The notes under the pieces: model-generated
What the model saw: only the letters and a program-made list of their open reading frames with translations
Database searches by the model: none
Told to the model about the DNA's origin: nothing
Shown: positions 12,247 through 14,982 of the stretch, piece by piece
Numbering within the stretch: the stretch's first letter is position 1
Layout of the letters: each line of letters begins with the position of its first letter
Translations under genes and position numbers: made by a program
Origin: Pseudomonadota bacterium
GTDB lineage: Archaea; Thermoplasmatota; SW-10-69-26; JACQPN01; JAJPHT01
Assembly (NCBI GenBank): GCA_021325135.1
Contig: JAJPHT010000047.1
Location: 1 to 14,982, forward strand
Length of the DNA: 14,982 nt
Direction of reading: 5' to 3'

Positions 12247-13512
12247 ATGGCGCTCATCGAGGAAGCCCACAAGGCCGCGCGCCTGCTCCTCGATCACGCC
12301 TACGTGCGCGTCGCCGCGCGGCAGGAGCCCGCCTCGGCCTGCGCCGCCGCGCTCCTGGCCCATGCCCTCCGCCGCGAAGGCGTGGACGTCCACGTCTCGT
12401 GGCTCCCCCGCCTCTCCACCCCCGCGGTCCACGCTCTGGCGGAGGAGCGCAACGACGCCCTCGTGCTGGTGGGCCTGGGCGGCGATGCCACCGCCGACGA
12501 CGTGCCCGCGCTCCACAAGGTCGTCCTCGACGCCGCGCCCACCACGCTCTCGGGCAGCGCCGTCCTTGCGGGCGAGCGCGCGGGCGTCGCCTCCCTGGCG
12601 CACATGGTGGGCGTCGCGGTGGCGAAGCGCAACGCCGACCTGGCGCCCCTCGCGCTGGCGGGCGCCTTCGCGTCCTGGGGCGACGTGGGCGGCCTCGCGG
12701 GCCTCGATGCGCAGATCCTCTCCGAAGCGCGGGACGCGGGCGTCGTCGCCCCCGAGGCGGCGCTCTCGCTCTCGGGCGCCACGCTCCTCTCCTCCCTCTC
12801 CAGCCTCGACGCGCCCTTCGTCGCGGGCGTCACGGGCCGCGCGCGCAACGCCAAGAAGCTCGTGGGCGACCTGCGCCTGGGCTCCGACGCGCCCCCCGCG
12901 CACCTCTCGCCCGCCGACGCCGAGCGCCTGGGCTCCTTCCTCACGGTGCGGCTCCTCGCGCAGGGCGCGCCCGACGCGGCCCTGGACGCGCTCTACCGCC
13001 CCGCGCTGCGCGCGCTCCAGGGCCCGCTCACGGGCCTCGACGTGCGCGACCTCGCGCGTCAGGCCGAGGCCGCCTGCGCCCAGGAGCGCGCGGGGCTCGC
13101 CTTCGCCGCGCTCTGGCCCGACGCGCAGGCGGGCGCCGAGGCCTCGCAGATCGCCGACGCCGTGCGCGAGGAGCTCGTCGCGGCTCTTCTGCGCGCCGAG
13201 CGCGAGCGCCGCGCCGAGGGGCGCCTCGTGGTGGCCGACGCGCCCCGCGCCGGCCTCTGCGCGCCGCTGGCCGACCGCATCGCCCTCGCCCTGGCGCCCG
13301 CCGGCCGCGTCGCCGTCGCGCGCCACGCCGAGGGCGCCGACGTCTCGCTGGCCCTGCGCGGTTTCGGCGCGACGACGCTCGCCTCCGCGGCCCGCCACGC
13401 GGCGCAGGCGTGCGGCGGCTGGTCGTGGGGCGACGCGGGCCGCGCCCGCGCCACGCTCCCCGCCGCGGAGGAGGGGCGCTTCCTCAAGACCCTGGAGGGC
13501 GCCCTCGCGTGA
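12247..13512 (+). CDS. Degenerate archaeal RecJ-like DHH-family protein (GAN/Cdc45-type), predicted catalytically inactive, 421 aa
   Basis: Family scaffold is recognisable (VRV....AAALLAHALRREGVDVH; KVVLD; NADLAPLALAGA; GLDAQILSEA; PFVAGVTG...LSPADAERL insertion; DHHA1-like VSLALRG...AAQACGG). It sits upstream of pcc1/serS in the rps15 neighbourhood. Metal-binding motifs are substituted. Confidence 0.82.
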   Translation: MALIEEAHKAARLLLDHAYVRVAARQEPASACAAALLAHALRREGVDVHVSWLPRLSTPAVHALAEERNDALVLVGLGGDATADDVPALHKVVLDAAPTTLSGSAVLAGERAGVASLAHMVGVAVAKRNADLAPLALAGAFASWGDVGGLAGLDAQILSEARDAGVVAPEAALSLSGATLLSSLSSLDAPFVAGVTGRARNAKKLVGDLRLGSDAPPAHLSPADAERLGSFLTVRLLAQGAPDAALDALYRPALRALQGPLTGLDVRDLARQAEAACAQERAGLAFAALWPDAQAGAEASQIADAVREELVAALLRAERERRAEGRLVVADAPRAGLCAPLADRIALALAPAGRVAVARHAEGADVSLALRGFGATTLASAARHAAQACGGWSWGDAGRARATLPAAEEGRFLKTLEGALA

Positions 13513-13739
13513 GGTCCCGCGCGACGCTGCGCCTCGCCTTCGAGTCGCCTGCCGAGGCGCAGCGCCTCGCCGCGAGCCTCGCGCCCGAGAACGAGGGCTT
13601 CCTCCAGACGCGCGTCGAGGGCGCCTCCCTCGTGGCGGAGGCCTCCGCGGAGACGCCCCTCGCGCTCCTCCACACGCTGGACGACGCGCTGGCCTGCCTG
13701 GGCGCGGCGCAGAAGGCCGCGCGCGCCGCCCGGCGGTAG
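13509..13739 (+). CDS. pcc1: KEOPS complex subunit Pcc1, 76 aa
   Basis: GTG 13509 overlaps the upstream TGA (GTGA), with SD GGAGG at 13494-13498. Sequence (M)RSRATLRLAFESPAEAQRLAASLAPEN...VEGASLVAEASAETPLALLHTLDDALACL matches the Pcc1 pattern and conserved position. Confidence 0.88.
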   Translation: MRSRATLRLAFESPAEAQRLAASLAPENEGFLQTRVEGASLVAEASAETPLALLHTLDDALACLGAAQKAARAARR

Positions 13740-13770
13740 CTTGAAAGGGTATCCCCCAGGTGTCCGCCCC

Positions 13771-14982
13771 ATGCGCTTCGACCTCGAAGGTCGCTTCCTC
13801 CTCAGCGCGGACGCCGCGCCCGCCCAGGCGGACCTGGACGACTATTTCGCCGAGGCCAACAAGGGCTTCCTGGCGCGCACGCCCACGGGCGACGGCGGCG
13901 CGGTCACCAGCTGGAAGGCCAACGGCAAGGAGGTCGTGGTCCAGATCGAGACGCACGGCCGCACCCGCGCGCACGAGGCGCTCCTGCGCCTGCGCAAGGG
14001 GCTCGCCGAGCGCCTGGGCAAGAAGCACAGGATCGGCGTGCGCGACACGGTCATCGACGGCTACGAGGTCACCTTCGACCTGGAGCGCCCCACCAAGGCG
14101 CCCTTCACCATCCCCTACGCCAAGGCGCTGCGCTTCGACGGCAACGAGGTCACGCTGGAGCTGGAGGACGTGAGCGAGGAGTTCCTCGCCAACAACAGCG
14201 TCGACCGCATGATCAACCTCGTGCGCGAGAAGGTGGATCACCAGTACTACGAGGGCAAGGGCGAGATGCACCACACCCTCTACACGAGCCCGAAGCGCCA
14301 CGAGGCGTGGAAGGAGGACCCCAGCGAGGCCATGCTCCAGAAGGAGTGGCTCAAGCAGGGCCCCACCAAGGGGAAGTGGTTCTTCCGCGCCCAGGCCGCC
14401 CACGTGCTGCGCACCATGGAGCGCATCGCGGTGGAGGAGGTGCTCAAGCCCCTGGGCTTCGAGGAGGTCATCCTGCCCCACCACGTCTCGCTGGACACGT
14501 GGATCAGGACGGGCCACGCCCACGGCGTCCCCAACGAGATCTACTACGTCGTCGAGCCCAAGACGCGCGACGCCGCCGCGTGGGAGCGCTACCGCGACCT
14601 CATGAAGATCACGCGCGCCGTGCCCACCGAGGAGCTGATGAAGAACATCCAGCCTCCCGTCGCGGGCATCTGCTACGCGCAGTGCGAGAACGTCTACTGG
14701 AGCCTGGGGGGCAAGACCGTCGCCGACGCGAGCCTGCCCATCAAGGTCTTCGACAAGACGGCCGTCAGCAACCGCTACGAGAGCGGCGGCCGACACGGCA
14801 TCGAGCGCGTCGACGAGTTCCACCGCATCGAGCCCGTGTACGTGGGCACCAAGGAGCAGCTCATCGACCTGAGGAAGCGCCTGCTGGAGCGCTATCAGCA
14901 CGTCTTCAACGACGTCCTGGAGCTGGAGTGGCGCATCGCCAGCGTCACGCCCTTCTACATGAGCCACAGCGGCATGGGCGAC
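13771..14982 (+). CDS. serS: Seryl-tRNA synthetase, methanogen-type (atypical, Zn-dependent), 3'-truncated by window end
   Basis: Not in the ORF track because there is no stop in the window. My translation from ATG 13771 (SD AGGTG) reads MRFDLEGRFLLS...GRTRAHEALLRLRKGLAERLGKKHRIGVR...DPSEAM...WLKQGPTKGKWF...ICYAQCE...NRYESGGRHGIERVDEFHRIE...LELEWRIASVTPFYM. YAQC and motif 2 RYESGGxHGIERVDEFHRIE are diagnostic of methanogen-type SerRS. Confidence 0.96.
   Translation, partial: MRFDLEGRFLLSADAAPAQADLDDYFAEANKGFLARTPTGDGGAVTSWKANGKEVVVQIETHGRTRAHEALLRLRKGLAERLGKKHRIGVRDTVIDGYEVTFDLERPTKAPFTIPYAKALRFDGNEVTLELEDVSEEFLANNSVDRMINLVREKVDHQYYEGKGEMHHTLYTSPKRHEAWKEDPSEAMLQKEWLKQGPTKGKWFFRAQAAHVLRTMERIAVEEVLKPLGFEEVILPHHVSLDTWIRTGHAHGVPNEIYYVVEPKTRDAAAWERYRDLMKITRAVPTEELMKNIQPPVAGICYAQCENVYWSLGGKTVADASLPIKVFDKTAVSNRYESGGRHGIERVDEFHRIEPVYVGTKEQLIDLRKRLLERYQHVFNDVLELEWRIASVTPFYMSHSGMGD

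Noticed and set aside
11992-14967. 991-aa minus-strand ORF, plus other long overlapping ORFs (e.g. 10169-11962, 9753-11540, 12098-13744, 345-1289, 1431-3344)
   Set aside because: Shadow ORFs of high-GC genes. Arg/Pro/Gly-rich, no motifs, and overlapping well-supported genes.

Overview
Very GC-rich archaeal chromosomal segment. The non-acidic housekeeping proteins and methanogen-type SerRS suggest a Thermoplasmatota-like lineage rather than a haloarchaeon (inference). It carries the conserved neighbourhood rps15 - DHH/RecJ(GAN/Cdc45-type) - pcc1 - serS (partial). Here rps15 is separated from the DHH gene by about 10.7 kb holding two oppositely oriented surface-protein genes. One is a thermitase-like S8 protease with 2 PKD domains. 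The other is a ~2,680-aa secreted protein with 18 DUF11-like Ig repeats, each with an invariant K/D/N putative isopeptide triad plus 4 Cys, bookended by two copies of an unnamed 'TQGYWKNH' domain. A Xer-like tyrosine recombinase lies divergent from rps15, with a possible recombination site over its stop codon. The RecJ/GAN homologue has lost essentially all nuclease motifs. Several intergenic regions contain notable stem-loops and palindromes.
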